A DNA stretch of 63,187 bases, counting the filler, from Folioceros fuciformis (lineage: Eukaryota): assembly GCA_049999805.1 (NCBI GenBank). It is 3 parts of 2 records of this genome, joined end to end, with 100 filler letters (N's around TTAATTAATTAA, not from the genome) between each part and the next. Parts side by side here need not be neighbours in the genome. Positions count along the whole stretch, not along the records: positions 37,824 to 63,187 come from JBNGIO010005955.1; 2 more parts are not named here. One strand, written 5' to 3'. Below the pieces are notes generated by a model that saw nothing but the letters and a program-made list of their open reading frames with translations, was not told the DNA's origin and did no database searches. A program made the translations under genes and the position numbers. Shown in pieces: positions 49,431 to 63,187 of this stretch (its first letter is position 1; each line of letters begins with the position of its first letter).

Positions 49431-50482
49431 GGAGAATGTGGAATGCAGGTTTTTGGCAAGTACTCGCAGTAGGTAGGGAGCGGCTAATAACATTTTTAGT
49501 TTTGTTTGGTCTTGGTTTGGTAGGTTAGATGAGTGGTGATAATAAGGGGTAGTATTATAAAGAAGTTACTTTCTTTGGGATGGCTACCTATAGGGAGGTA
49601 TGCCCATGTAGGGAGGATATCTCTGTGGGAGGTAGTACCCAAATAAGAAATATAGTTGTGAAGGGCAAGCTACCTACAGAAAAGGGGACACCTATGTAGG
49701 GTATCTATTAAGGGCAGTTACTACATATAGAAGTATACCTACGACAAGAGGGTATTTAAAGGGGTCCCTACCTAAGGTGTACCATCAACGAAGGTTGCTC
49801 ACCTCCACGTAGGGAACTACATCTACCTACATAGCGGGGAATAAGGAAGTAGTTGTGCGACAAGACACCTTCGCCGGGGACCTACTTGTTGTAACCAAGC
49901 GGACTCAAAAAGAGAGAAAGGGCTTTGCTGTGGTGAGAGCCATAGGGAGAAACGGTGCAAGGGACGTGAAATCAGCTGCACAGAAGTTGGGAGCAGTTGC
50001 CTACGAAGGTAGGGGTATAACCTGCATAAAGGAGGGCAACCGACATTCTTGGGGTTTTGTTCCATCAACTATGGCGCGGACCTCCAACAATACTCAAGTG
50101 GGTTCCGGTAGTAGGGGACGACCCATGAGGGCAGCCAGCTCTCCCCGAACCAATGTTCCGTCCTTTTCTTGCTTGGGGGCTAACTGAACTCAAGGGATTT
50201 GATAAACCTACGGACTTGGGCATGTGACGCAAACATCCAGCTTGAATGGATATATGGCAGACACTGGTCGTATGTTCATGAAGGCTCGGTGAAGGAGTGC
50301 TATGCCAACCTATAGCAATCGAAGGAGGAGTTGGAAGCCCTACCTGAACGAAACGCGAGGACTGACCCTCGGTGTTGGACTGTCTGGAGCATCCGACAGG
50401 TGTACGGCAGGTCGGAAGAGGAGAGCGATGGTATTGGGATTCTGGATAAAACCATAGATGGGCAGAGGTCGCCCAGCACCAC

Positions 50483-50624
50483 TATAAAGAAACAAGAAGC
50501 AAAGATAGCCTAGCAGGAATAATCAGAATAATGTCAAAATTGTCATTAAATACATATATCACGACTGTTCATTGTCAACCCTAATCCACATATGTCTACC
50601 CATAACTTGTCGATAAATAACCTA
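50483..50624 (-). repeat. Inverted copy of the short LTR at 50951-51111, interrupted at 50625 by another LTR
   Basis: 142-nt near-perfect reverse complement of 50970-51111. Confidence 0.9.
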
Positions 50625-50950
50625 TGTTGAGTTATCGAGCTCTATATGAGCTAAACTCATGTGGTGTTAGTNNNNNNNNNNCCCTGTGGTAGGTATACGT
50701 CTCATACATAATTAACCCCCAGTTTGGCTTTACTCCTTAAGTCACTCTCCAAAGGAAGTGGAGGAAAGCATTGCTGAAATATAAGGTGCGTTGATAGTTC
50801 ACCAATCTGAGAACCACCTTAGTGAACAACCACCATTTGAGCTCCTTGATCCTCTCAATCCTCCACCCGTTCTTGGTTCTTGCTAGCTCCCCTCCCAACA
50901 GTAATTCTAATGCTCCAGATGGTAGGGTGGTTGTTAACGAGGGGGGGGGG

Positions 50951-51111
50951 TGAAACCTTAGCCTATGTATAGGTTATTTATCGACAAGTTATGGGTAGAC
51001 ATATGTGGATTAGGGTTGACAATGAACAGTTGTGATATATGTATTTAAAGACAATTTTGACATTATTCTGACTATTCCTGCTAGGCTATCTTTGCTCCTT
51101 GTTTCTTTATA
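50951..51111 (+). repeat. 161-bp LTR-like unit with upstream PPT and downstream Met PBS (51112-51123)
   Basis: GA followed by a G10 run, then TGAAACC...CTTTATA then TGGTATCAAAGC. Confidence 0.75.
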
Positions 51112-52124
51112 TGGTATCAAAGCATCTGATGCTCTGCACCTTGGGGAAAGCTTTGCATAATGCCGAGGCGCAGGGGTTGTAGAGACTTGCGTCAAGGTGA
51201 ATTATCCCCTGCACAAAATTACAATCGGGGATTTCAGCCACGACCCAAAGCACCATTTCTTTTCGATACGGTGCTGGATCTCTACGAGCAACAATACCCC
51301 GCCCTCTGTCTACAGAAGTTTGTTGCAGAACACTCTCGAAGGACACCTTCTACTAGGTCAAGACCACTTGCAAGAGATTCGAACTCTGAAGTTGTGAGAC
51401 CAGATTATTCTCAACGTTTTGCAACAACGAAAGACACACCTGTAATCAATCCTCATACGGGCGTTCAGATTATTGCTAATAAAACAGAAGACTCTCTTAC
51501 CCGTGTTGAGAAGGTGCTGTCCACGATTTTACAAAATCAGGTCTTCCTCAAGAACAAGATTCACAGCCTAGATTCAGTGGCAAAGAGTGTTATTCTTTCC
51601 TGCAAAGACCAACTCTAGAAAGACATAGGCAAAGTCATTGATCTGTTAAAGGATATGAACATCAGCCTATACGCTCTGGAACTTCTGCTGCTAGGGAGCA
51701 AGGCGATTCAGGCGCATCAACATCTCTTATGCACCTGATCTGAATATGCACTATAGGCTTGGCATTGTTTGGGTCAGATCTGTCTTTGTGTGGCTCATTG
51801 GCTTGCTTTAGAGTGTCTGTTCACAAGACAATGACACGTTGGTCAGGTTGACCTAACCGTTTAACTGAAATGCCATAAAAAAAAAGGAATAGTTTCTGTT
51901 TTAGGGTTTCTTGCATGAGGTGCAACGTTTCATGTTAGAATAAGAAGAAAAGGCTGAGGGGTTCAGCAGGGGTTGGGCATATCATCTAAACCAACCCAGG
52001 CTGACATTCTCATCATCTCTCCTACATATTATGATTAGTCCCTAATTATGAGCTATACATTGATACATGAGTACTTAGCTTTGTTACCAGAGCCATAGCC
52101 CCCCCTACAACGTGATCAGTATTC

Positions 52125-55100
52125 ATGTCCATCGATTCGTTTTTGCACTCGCTGAATAATTCCTTTGCACAGCTTAGCCTACAACCACCAGTGGTTCCCA
52201 TACCACCCGTTGTCCCGATACCACCTGCATTCAAAGTAACCATGGCTATAACCACTCCGTCATTTACGTTTGAGTTAAAGGAAAAGAATAGGTTTAAGGG
52301 CAATGGCTATCCTATCTGGCGAGTGAGAATGAAAGCAACCTTACTTGCCCGTGGTGTTTGGAGCACAGTCGATGGGACTTATGCTCAACCAAACCAAAAC
52401 GTTGTCCTGCCTCCTGATCTAGATGATATTGCCAAGTGGAACCAACAGAATGCGATTGCTGTTGCTCTGCTCATTAACGGACTTGATGCAGATCTCGTCC
52501 CTGATGTCGAGTACCTCGACTAAGTAACGCCCCCAAGGAAGCAACGGCCTCAAATCTCGTCTATTCACTCCGCAGCGCTCCACTTACAAATCACTCACTC
52601 CCTCTCTCACGACTCAGCACTAGGCTCCAAGTAGCCCGTCGTCCACTGACGACTCGCAGACCACCTCCTCTAGGTGCTGCTCTTTATTCAAGATACTTAC
52701 AAAAGAGTTTGGCGATCTACGCCCCACTGGCTACTGCCCTAGACTCAATCTGACAAGCTTGCTCTTCAAGCCCTCCACAGCTATGCCTCAAGGCTAGACT
52801 TCTCACTATCTGCCTCTCTCCCTCTGTCTCTCTGTGTATCAGTGTATCACAGTATATCCTTAAGACCCTAACATTGGCCTATTTATACTCCACAGCTAAG
52901 CCACTGCTAAAGCTGGGAATGATACACACCACTCATCTCACAATACTAGTGGTCATTACAACTCCATCCTTCTTAGGAGGATTTTCCTGGAACACACATC
53001 TTGTTTCCAAAGGCAGCAAGAAGCATACTTGCTTCTTCATCAAGACAACTCTAGATTTAGCTTTCACCTTTCTACTTTTAACTTTCACCTTGTTTCACTT
53101 GTGCCATTACTCTCTCCCGCACTAGGAAGATGTCATTGCCCTCAATGACTTGCAGTATAACGTGAGATCATCCATGATCCTTGTTGCACATCTTGAAGTG
53201 AAACCCAAACAGGATGTGCAAAATCACGAAGCCTTACTAGATACTCTCGAACATTACTACGGCCAGAAGGCACTTCTCTTTCTGCTAGGAATTCAACAAT
53301 CTCCTACAGACTATGGTTATATTGAACCAGGATAACATAGTCTTTCCTGTTCATGTCTTCATTCTCTTTCGAAATCACAAACGGTTTCAGCAAAGAGACA
53401 TGAAACACATCATGAGAGAAGATCCAATTAGGCAGTTGTAGTTTTTAAGCCACATTCCCAATGCGCTTCAGAACTACAAAAGGACCTCCATACTTAGGCC
53501 TTAACTTTGGGGACAATCCTTGAGGTACTGGGAAGTGCTTCAACCTTACCCAAACTTTGTCACCCACTTGAAATTCTGCCTCTTTCCTGTGCCTATCAGC
53601 AAACTTCTTTTGCTTGTCTTGAGCTTTGGCCAAAATCCTCTTAGCAATTTCATGTCTAGCGCTCAACTGCTCAATAAATTCACGTGGTTCTCTTGCTGTT
53701 GTCTCAAACACGCCAGCATTCAACATAGAAACTACGTCCATTGCTTCGTTACCTATCATCTGAAAAGGTGTATAGCCTATGGAGCTATGTACAGTATTGT
53801 TATAACAAAACTCTGCATCCTCAAGATGATTACTCCAGTTCCTCTGGTCCATCTGTACATAGTGTCGTAAGTATTCCTCTTGGATTCTGTTTACCCTTTC
53901 TGTAGATCCATCTGTATCAGGGTGATATGTTGTGCTTAAACATAGTTGTACTCCCAAGCTCTTCATAAGCTGTTGCCAAATTTCCGCTGTGAATTTGGGG
54001 TCTCTATCACTCACAATTTGCATAGGCAATCCATGTAACACATAGATATGCTTCTTAAACAATTGAGCAACTTCTGAAGCCTTCACTTGCTTCTTCGTGG
54101 GGATAAAGTGTGCTTGCTTGCTGAACCTATCAACAACTATCATGATAGCTGTGTATCCATTACTAGGTGGCAATGGCATAACAAAATCCATTGATATGCT
54201 CTTCCAAGGTCCACTTGGAATAGGTAGGGGTTGCAACAAACCTCGTGGATTTGTCTGCTCTACCTTATCCTACTAACAGTCTACACAAGACTTCACATAC
54301 TCTACAGTATGTTTGTACATTTCAGGCCAATAAAACAGCTTCTTCAACTTCTCATAAGTCGTATCAATTCCCCGATGACCAGCACTTGGCACATCGTGAC
54401 ATTCTGCAAGCAACTTTTTTCTCAACTCTTGAGAATCAGGAATCACAATCCTGTTTTGCTTGAACAGTAATAAGCCATTTCTAAGCTTGTCTTGCATTTA
54501 GTCGCAGCTAATTAGAAAAGAAGCTTGTACTTACATTATTTGTGTACAACACAAAAGGTCTTCCAAGAAGATAGTGTCTCCAAATCTTGAGACAATTGAT
54601 GACGGCTGTCATCTCCTTCTCATATGTGGGGTATTTCCTCTCATGTTCATTCAACTTTCTTGATTCGTAAGCCACTGGCCTACCTTCTTGCATAAGCACT
54701 CCTCCAATAGCTGTATCCGACGCATCAGTATATACTTCTATATGTTTCTTTGGATCATAGATTGCTAATACTGGGGTAGTGCTGAGTTTCAACTTGAGAA
54801 ACTCGAATGCCCTTTGCTATTCCTCATTCCACTTCCAAGTCTTCGCCTTCTTCAAGAGATCAGTTAATGGGGCGGCAATTTTGGCAAACATCGGTACAAA
54901 TCTTCTGTACACGATAGTCAATCCCAAAAACATACGCACTTCATGCACATTGCTTGGCAGCAGCCAACTTTATATGGCTTTTACCTTATCAAGATCTATC
55001 CTGATCCATCAGCAGAGACAATGAATCCAAGGAAGTCTATTTCTTCCTTAACAAAGTCACACTTTGTTATAGCTAAGAACAAAGAATTTTCCCTTAACCT

Positions 55101-58100
55101 TTCCAACACTTTCCTCAAGTGTTGGACATGCTCCTCTAAGATAGAACTGAATATCAAAATGTCATCCAAGTAGATCACAACACACTCATCCAATAGATCT
55201 CCAAATATTGTATTCATAAGAGTCTGAAATATGGCTGGTGCGTTAGTGAGTCCAAATGGCATGACTAGAAATTCAAAAGATCCATACCTTGTCATACAAG
55301 CAGTTTTGTATTCATGTCCTTCTGCGATGTGAATCTGGTAATAACCAGCCATCAAATCCAGTCTGGTAAAATACTTAGCACCTTTCAACCTGTCAAACAT
55401 ATCATCCATCCTTGGCAAAGGATAGAAATTCTTGATTGTTATCTGATTGAGTGCTCGGTAATCCAAGCATAATCTTAATCCTCCATTCTTCTTTCGCATA
55501 AACAATACTGGCGCACCAAATGGGGATTTTGAGACTCTAACATAGCCTTTGGCTGACATTTGTCTCTTCAACTCTTGAAGCTCATCTAGCGACAATCTAT
55601 ATGACGCTCTTGATGGCGGTAAACTTCCTGGCTTTAGATCAATTTCATGATCTACAAATCTTCTCTGAGGCAAAGAAGGTAACTCAGTAGACATTAAGTC
55701 TTTAAACTCATCTAAGACGGCCTGTATCTCCTTTGGAATCTTTGGTTGCTTCTGAGACTCCATCTCAAGACCATCTTCTAGTCCTTGCAACACCAACAAA
55801 TAGAGTTCCTCTCCATTTTTAACACGACGCTTGAGCTCTTTCTTAGAGATGACTTCTTCAATCTTGTGCCCAAGCTGATGCTCAAGAACTGCACAACTCA
55901 CTTTGTGCTTTTCACCTCCTAAGATCTATATGGTGCGTGAGTCCACGTCGACACATACCTTATTGGCCTTCATCCATTCTAAGCCCAAGATGATTTCATG
56001 ATCATCCATGTTTACAACTGTGAAGCTTGCTTCTCCTGTACAATTGCCTATCTGCAAAGGGACTTTTTCCAGCTGTCCTAAGAACTACAGCTTTCCTTTT
56101 GCTTGTTTCATTGTACATGGCTCTGAAGTACTAGCCCATGTCAAACCAAGCTTACTTGCTCTGCCAGGAGAAATGAAATTATGTGTTGCTGCTAGATCAA
56201 GCAACATCTTCGCTTCTTCACGATTCACACATCCTTCTATATACATGAGCTCTCCACCTGCCCTGTGAATAATGTTGTCCTCAGCATCTTGAAACTCACC
56301 ACATGTAGCCTTTGCAACATGTGGCCAATCCCGTCACTTGGGATTTTCAGATCCGAATACTTCTGTAATCCTGAGTCTTTGGGGTTGTGGATTGTCTTCA
56401 ACAACATTCAAAGTTTGTTGAGTATTGGGGCATTCTTTCGCATAATGTCCCGGCTCTCCACAAGAAAAACAAACTTGTTTCCGAGAACCCATTGTCACTG
56501 TTCTCTGAGCTCCGCACCCCCTGCGCACTCCTCGATTTCTCCCATGGAAGTTCCCACTGGAGTTGCCTCTTGCAACGCATTAAGATGAAGGAAGGGGATA
56601 AAGTGGCAACTCATACCAGCAAGTTCCGGCACCTTCGGGCCCAGCTCATGGCCATGACTAGAGACAAGATGTCGGAGGTAGATGCTGTAGCATAGTTGCT
56701 CACTTCACTCCCTGCTTCCTATCAGACCTTTGTCACAAGCCAGAACGAACCACTTCGAGCTGCTGGAAGTGCAGTGACCGTCACCTTGGAAGAGGTGATT
56801 GGTGCACTATTCCAGGAAGAGCAGAGCCGTGCCTTTGCCTCTAGATCCTTTAAGGGCAAGGGGGAAAAGGTGTTAGCAGCTAATTTCCGCTCAGGCAAAG
56901 GCAAAGGGAAACTTAAAGGAGGCAATTCACCTGGACAGAAGGGGGAATCCTCAAGCTCTACGAAGCGACTAGGCAATTGCAATTGGTGTGGGACGCCTGG
57001 TCACTGGGCACGAGAGTGCCATAAAAAAAGGGCAAGTGAGCCCTAAAAACAACCAAAGCCGGCTGCAAGTGTTGTAGTTAAGGAAAAATGAGGAGAATCA
57101 AAAGCACCAGTAAAGATTCTTACTGTTTGCCTTTCGAGTCCTCTGAATGATGATGGGTGCTGGTACCTTGACTCTGGAGCAACCACCCATATTTGTAAGG
57201 ACAGGAAGTTGTTTTCCTCTTTGCGCAAAGGCCTAGTTATTGACAAAGTTTTCCTGGGAGATGAGCAAAGCAAATCTAGTTTGCACATAGAGGGTAAAGG
57301 TACGTGCACTTTCAGATTAAGTGATGGCATTGACCTAAGGCTCGAAGATGTCCTCTTCGTTCCTAGCATGGCTAAGAACCTCATGTCTATGAGTCAACTC
57401 ATGCGTCTACGTACCTTCTACATGAGAGCAGATCATGAACACTGCTGCTTTTACAGAAAGTCCTCTCCCGACACATGTGTGTTTAGGGGGATTCTCGAGC
57501 ATGACCTGTACAGGTTAAACATAGTATGCACCCGGGCATCATCCACTTATCAGTATTTTGCCCGGTCCATTGGTGTTCCCACTATTAGTCCTCAGCAAGA
57601 GGCTATATTGTGGCACGCTAGGTTAGGGCACGTAAATAGAGCTAAGCTCATTAACATGTCTACAATAGAATGCCACAAAGAACCTCTTCCTAAATGTTTC
57701 AAGCTCTTGCCTGTTTGCGAGCCATGCATACTGACGAAACAGAAGGAGTCTCCCTTCCCAAATCCACCTGCACATAGAGCTATAGGTACTTGGGTTAGTA
57801 CATGCTGATATTTCAGGAAAGATCCATGAACCCTCCCTTGGGGGCTCTCGTTACTTTTTCACCCTCACTGATGATTATAGTTGTTACACATGGACCTTTC
57901 CCATGCACTCCAAAAGTGATACTTTCAACTATTTCAAGGCCTGGCTCACCACAGCTCAGAGGCAAACAGGCAGGTTACTGAAAATATTGAGGATAGACAA
58001 CGGGACAGAGTTTGTTAACTTATCTTTCGAAGACTTTCTTCAAGAGGCTGGGATCTTGAGGCAACTCACAGTTCCCTATACCCCACAGCAGAATGGCGTC

Positions 58101-59545
58101 TCAAAACGCAAAAACCAGACATTGCTTGGGATGACACGAAGCATGCTGCTTTGGGTAGGCTTACCTCAGGGTTATTGGGCGGAAGCAGTGGTGCCAGCCA
58201 CATACATCCTCAATAGGGTCCTAACTAGTTCAATCCCTCACCAGACCCCCCATGAGGTGTACTGGCAAAAGAAGCCTAGTCTGCTGCATCTCAAGGTTTT
58301 CGGTTCCAAAGCCTATGCTCACATTCCATCTGAGAAAAGGAAGAAACTAGATCAGCGTGCACAGGGTTTCATTTTTGTGGGATATAGCGAGCAGGCTAAG
58401 GCCTACAAGCTTTTCAATCCAGTCATGGAGTCCATTGTGCTTGCAAGAAGTGTCACCTTTCTTGAACCACATGCTCCTTCACCGACTGTTGAGTCTGCTT
58501 CCATCAGTCCTGTAGAAAGTCTTCCTCCTCCTCTAGATTCAGTTGTGGACTACCCTCTAGATGATACTGATCCTGATGAGCTTGATTTTTTGGCTCCTTC
58601 CGTCCCTCCTGCTCCTCTTATCCCAAGAGCTACTAATCCTCTTCCAGTTCCCCCGGATTTTGAAGCAGAGGGGGAAGAAGGTCAACAGGAGCAACAACAG
58701 GAGGCTGATGAAACCGCTCAGCATGAAGATGATTGTGATGCTGACTGTGCTGCTTCAGAACTTGAGGAAGACAATGCAGAGCCACCCCTTATTCTGCGCC
58801 GCTCCACACGCCTCAAGCCACCCCCTGAAGAGTGGAAAGAATCTCGATATCAGTCAATAGACTTCCGCACTCACCTTGTTGTTAATTCCTCCCTACCTGA
58901 TGAGCCAATTACTTTGACTCAAGCCTTCACTGGTCCACAATTTGAAGAATGGAAGGTCGCCGTGGAGGACGAATATCAGTCATTGGTGAAAAATAAAACA
59001 TGGCAGCTAGTGGATCTTCCACCAAGGCGTAAGGCCATAGCCTGCAAGTGGGTGTTCAAACTTAAGTTAAATGCTAAGGGAGAAGTAGCACGCTACAAAG
59101 CACGACTTGTTGCTCGTGGATTTACCTAGGTTGAAGGAATCGATTACCAAGAGACTTTTTCACCTGTTGTGAGAACACAGTCCATTCGAATCCTTCTTGC
59201 CTATGCCACAGAGCACGACCTAGACCTCCAGCAAATGGATGTTTGCACAGCTTTTTTGTATGGTGCCCTTGATGAGGAGCTGTACATGCTCCTGCCTGAA
59301 GCACATGAGGACCCTGTACACCCACACAAAGTGTTAAAGCTTCTAAAATGCATCTATGGTTTAAAGCAAAGTGGGCACGTGTGGTATATTACTATGCACC
59401 TGTATTTGCTGAGCATAAAGTTTGTTCAAAGCAATGCCGACACAAACGTCTATAAGCTTACCCAAGGATCTTCTATAGTGCTGCTGGCCTTGTACGTAGA
59501 TGATGTGATCTTCACCACGAATGACCAACAGCTGCTGTCAGTTGT
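52125..59545 (+). mobile_element. Ty1/copia gag-pol remnant, interrupted by a chromovirus and cut off by a second copia
   Basis: gag 52125-52520 and 56570-57046 (CNWCGTPGHWAREC), WYLDSGATTH protease, LWHARLGH, PQQNGVS integrase, RT up to LYVDDV. Confidence 0.93.
52523..56565 (-). mobile_element. Ty3/gypsy chromovirus, 5'-truncated, with 3' LTR 52523-53111
   Basis: CFSCGEPGHYAKEC knuckle, RT (MPFGLTNAPA, YLDD), RNase H (TDASD), integrase (SMDFV, HPDTDG, GPF), chromodomain-like EIVEFLAERE..EYLVR..W at 53142-53303, PPT at 53112-53120. Confidence 0.93.
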
Positions 59546-62500
59546 AGTTAGAGATGCATATGCGGAAGCGTCTTGCATCAAGCAAATGATTTATTACCAA
59601 TCAATATGCTTGGTTCATAGGTGGGCTTATAAAGGATGGTTACGAGGGGGTGTGTCCTTTCACTAGGCTGCTAGTTAACTAACTACCAACTAGCTGAGTC
59701 TAGTTTGACTAATCCACATTGGGTCTGGTCTAGTCGACCTTAACCAACGTAGTCTGCACTATTTGTAACTCTCCCTCTCAGACACGTTGAGTTATCTGAG
59801 ATCTCCGTAAAACAAAAGGAGACCACTTGTTGTCGAAGTCTTGCAATGTGCTACAGTCTTCCACTTGCCTGTCTCAACTCATGGTCATACTCTCTCGCGC
59901 TGAGGCTGGCTCTCCAGCGGCTCACGGAGTAGTACACCAGTCGTGGCCAGGGCAGAAGCAAGCTGTCTGCAACAACTGTCAACTTCAAGTGATGGAACAA
60001 AAGATGATAAGCCTCACCATATGAGTGACTTGTCTAGCGTCATAAAGCTACTACAGTCTACTAATCCAAGCCCTTCTCTGTGGAAGCAGTGTTTAAACTT
60101 GGGCAAGGATTTGGTCAGCACATCTGCTGTGTTGTTGTCTGTTGGTACATATTGTACCTTTACTATTCCCCTTTCTGCAGCATCACGAATATAGTGATGT
60201 TGAATCTTTATGTGTTTTGTGCGTGCATAGAACACGGGGTTAGCAACTAAAGCAATTGCTGACATATTATCACAGTTAAGTATTGTTGGCCCTTCCTACA
60301 TCATACCCAGATCCTCACATAGCTTTCTTTCCCATTCAGCCTCTTTGGTGGCTTCAGTGAGAGCCTTGTACTTCGATTCTCTTGATGAAAGTGATATGGC
60401 TGCTTGTTTTCTACAAGACCAATTAACAACAGTGGAGCTAGCAAGAAAGCAATATGCTGAGATACTTTTCCGAGTGTCAGCGTCCGAAGCCCAATCTGCA
60501 TCCACATAACATGTAAGCAGGAGGCGCTTCTTTCTGCTAGGTTTGTAGCATAGGCCATAATTTTGAGTACCCTTGAGGTACCGCATGATGCGTTTGAGAG
60601 CAACCCAGTGATCCCTCCCTGGATTCTCTGAGAACTGAGCAACAGCATTCACGGTGTTTGAGATGTGTTGTCTTGTCTGATTACTCAAGAACATGAGAGT
60701 GCCAACTTCCATGCGGTAGGGCACAGTCTCCATCTCCTTCTTGTCCTCTTCTGCTTGAGGGCAGGAAGCAGATGAGAGCTTAACACCAACGGCACCTGGT
60801 GTGGCTACCGCTCGTGCGTTCTCCAAGTTGAAGCGTTTTAGCATGCCAGCTACATATCGTCCTTGATGAAGATAAATAGCTCCAGTGCTATCTCTATGTA
60901 CATGCATTCCAAGAATATATTTAACTTTGCCGAGATCCTTCATCTCGAATTCTTTGCTCAGATCAGCTTTTATCTTGTTGACCAATTCAACATTATTGCC
61001 TGGAATAACTAAGTCATCGACATATAGGGCAACAAGTACAAGTGAGCTATCCTGACGAAGTACATAAATGTTAGTATCTGCTTCACTTTGGACGAACCCC
61101 AACTTCTTGAGATAAGAATCCATTCTCTCGTACCATAAGCGTGGCTTTGCTTAAGTCCATATATTGAGCGGAGTAGTTTACACACCTTGTGAGGGAATTT
61201 CTTATCTTCATAATCCTTTGGTTGATCCATGTAGATCTCCTCTTTAAGGTGACCATATAGAAAGGCCGTACAGACGTCAAGCTGATAAATTTCCAAGTTA
61301 AGCTCAGCACATAAAGCTAGAAGCATTCTTACGGAAGCAGCTTTAATGACGGGTGAGTAAACTTTGTCGCCTTGGTAATCCACTCCCTCTTTCTGACTAT
61401 ACCCCTTAGCCACCAATCTTGCCTTGTGGCGGATACATGGCTCAACCTCCTGGAACTTAGTTTTGAGAACCCACTTGCATTTAACAGTTGTCCTGCCCTT
61501 GGGCAGATTGACCAGAGTCCATGTGTTGTTTTTAATAAGTGAATTATATTCATCATCAACGGCAAACTTCCACTTAGCTGCATCAGGTCGTGAATATGCC
61601 TCTTGCAAAGTGAGAGGATCTCCCTCTGAAAGAGCAACACTAAAAACATCAAAGTGGCCTTTAGAAGTGGTTGTATAGCCGGGTTGATTGAACTCCAAGT
61701 CAAAGGGTATTTCATTCCATAGGTGACGTGGTTGTCGCTGACGCAAGGGATACCTACGCTCAGGAACAGGGTCAGAGCTTGGTGGGGAATGTGGAGATAC
61801 TGGTGTCTCTGATGCTTGATTCTCAAGAACACCAAAGGAGTCATCCTCATTTTCCAATGGTTCATCCATGGGCAACCCAATGGCTTGTTCATCTTCCCCC
61901 TCTTGAGCAAGAACTATGGGAATAGGACCGGCTTGAGGTGAAGAAGCCAAAGGCGGAGTAGGAACGGAACCAAAAACAGGAACACCTGAGTCAGGAAAAG
62001 TGAAGGGTTGAATATGTAACTCAAAGTAAATGTCACCAGGCCAGCTAGGGCTACGAGAGCCGGAGGTAGAAGCACCATCGGGGGCAGGACCAAGAGCCAA
62101 AGAAGCAAGTCCAAGATGTGCTAGCCGTGACTCATCAAAGGTGATAGTGCATGCATATGTCGGAGTGTGGGTATTCAAGTCCACCAGCTTGTATGCCTTG
62201 TGATCCTTGCCAAAGCCCACAAATACCAACTTACGAGCACAAGCAAAGAGCTTGTCTCGAAGCTGAGAAGGGATATGGGCATAGGCAGCGCATCCAAAGA
62301 TACAAAGATGAGAGATAAGGGGGTTTACTCCCATGCCACCACTCATAAGGAGTCTGGCTGGTAACGGACTTGGAAAGCACCCTGTTTCTGATATAAGCAG
62401 CAGTGTTGACAGCTTCGGCCCAGAAGGACTTAGGCAATTGGGATTGAGCGAGCATAGCTCGCGCCATGACCAAAAGATCACCATTGGCTTTTTTCGCAAC

Positions 62501-63187
62501 TCCAGTTTGCTGAGAGGTATAGGGAACTGTAAATTGACGAAGGATCCCCCTCTCTTGACAAAAGTCCTTGAACTGGTGATTGTTAAGTTCCCCAGCATTG
62601 TCAGATCTAATGCACCGCAGCTTGCAACCAGTTTGCAGCTCGGCCATAGTAACAAAGGGAGAAAATACACCGAAGGAGTCACTCTTCAAACGAAGCGGGT
62701 AAGCAAAAGTATAACGACTGAAGTCATCCACAACAGTCATAAAATGATTAGCCCCACCAAGTGAAGGAACAGGGAGTGGCCCACAAAGATCAATGTGGAC
62801 AAGCTCCAAGGGCTGAGTAGCCCGACGTGCAAGACGATTTATACTCAGATGCAACCAAACAAACAATTAAAGCAATGTCGGTCTGGGAATTATGCCTTGC
62901 TTTAGTAACAACCACTGTGTTAGCGGTTTTGGTGTCCCGCTTGGGCTCACCAGCCTTCTTCTTACGGCATTCCTGCTCCCAGTGTCCTTGGGCTTTGCAC
63001 CAATTACATGTCCCCTTACGTCTAGGAGTTGAGGAAGAATTGGATGGAGAAGGCCTAGAGGAGGTGGTACCAGGAGTGGAGGGCCGGCGACTGGCATTTG
63101 GGTTCCTACACTTGTTGAATTGTTGTCTACCTTTGGTGACAAACATCACCCTATCACCACCATGTTTCGAGGTGCCAGCATTGAACC
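59546..63187 (-). mobile_element. Ty1/copia (3' LTR 59546-~60009, RNase H, RT, integrase, gag knuckle; protease region deleted), runs off the window
   Basis: ADVLTKSL, YVDADWA, LYVDDL, KARLVAKG, VHIDLCGP, CNWCKAQGHWEQEC; frameshifted. Confidence 0.93.

Overview
Eukaryotic land-plant genomic DNA. A seed-free lineage such as a fern or lycophyte is my inference from the TE repertoire and is not proven. One intact gene is present: a 22-exon ARGONAUTE of the AGO1/5/10 clade (25394-31284, +, 1062 aa by my exon reconstruction, DEDH slicer residues intact). There is also a multiply disabled pseudogene of a plant FAD-dependent oxidoreductase module (~40030-41360, -). Most of the remainder is nested, decayed transposons: a TSD-bounded Ty1/copia with three layers of insertions, further copia remnants, a chromovirus, a gypsy integrase ending in a PHD finger, an Athila-like family with very long GC-rich LTRs, a CRE-like non-LTR remnant and a CACTA fragment. 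Eight N gaps occur, two of them carrying an artificial TTAATTAATTAA linker. No prokaryotic system, CRISPR array or RNA gene is supported. The best leads are frame-compatible cryptic exons in AGO intron 5 (in an AGO with no visible miR168 site), the PHD-integrase, LTRs with non-CA ends, and a permuted repeat reminiscent of tyrosine-recombinase retroelements. All assignments are by eye; no searches were run.
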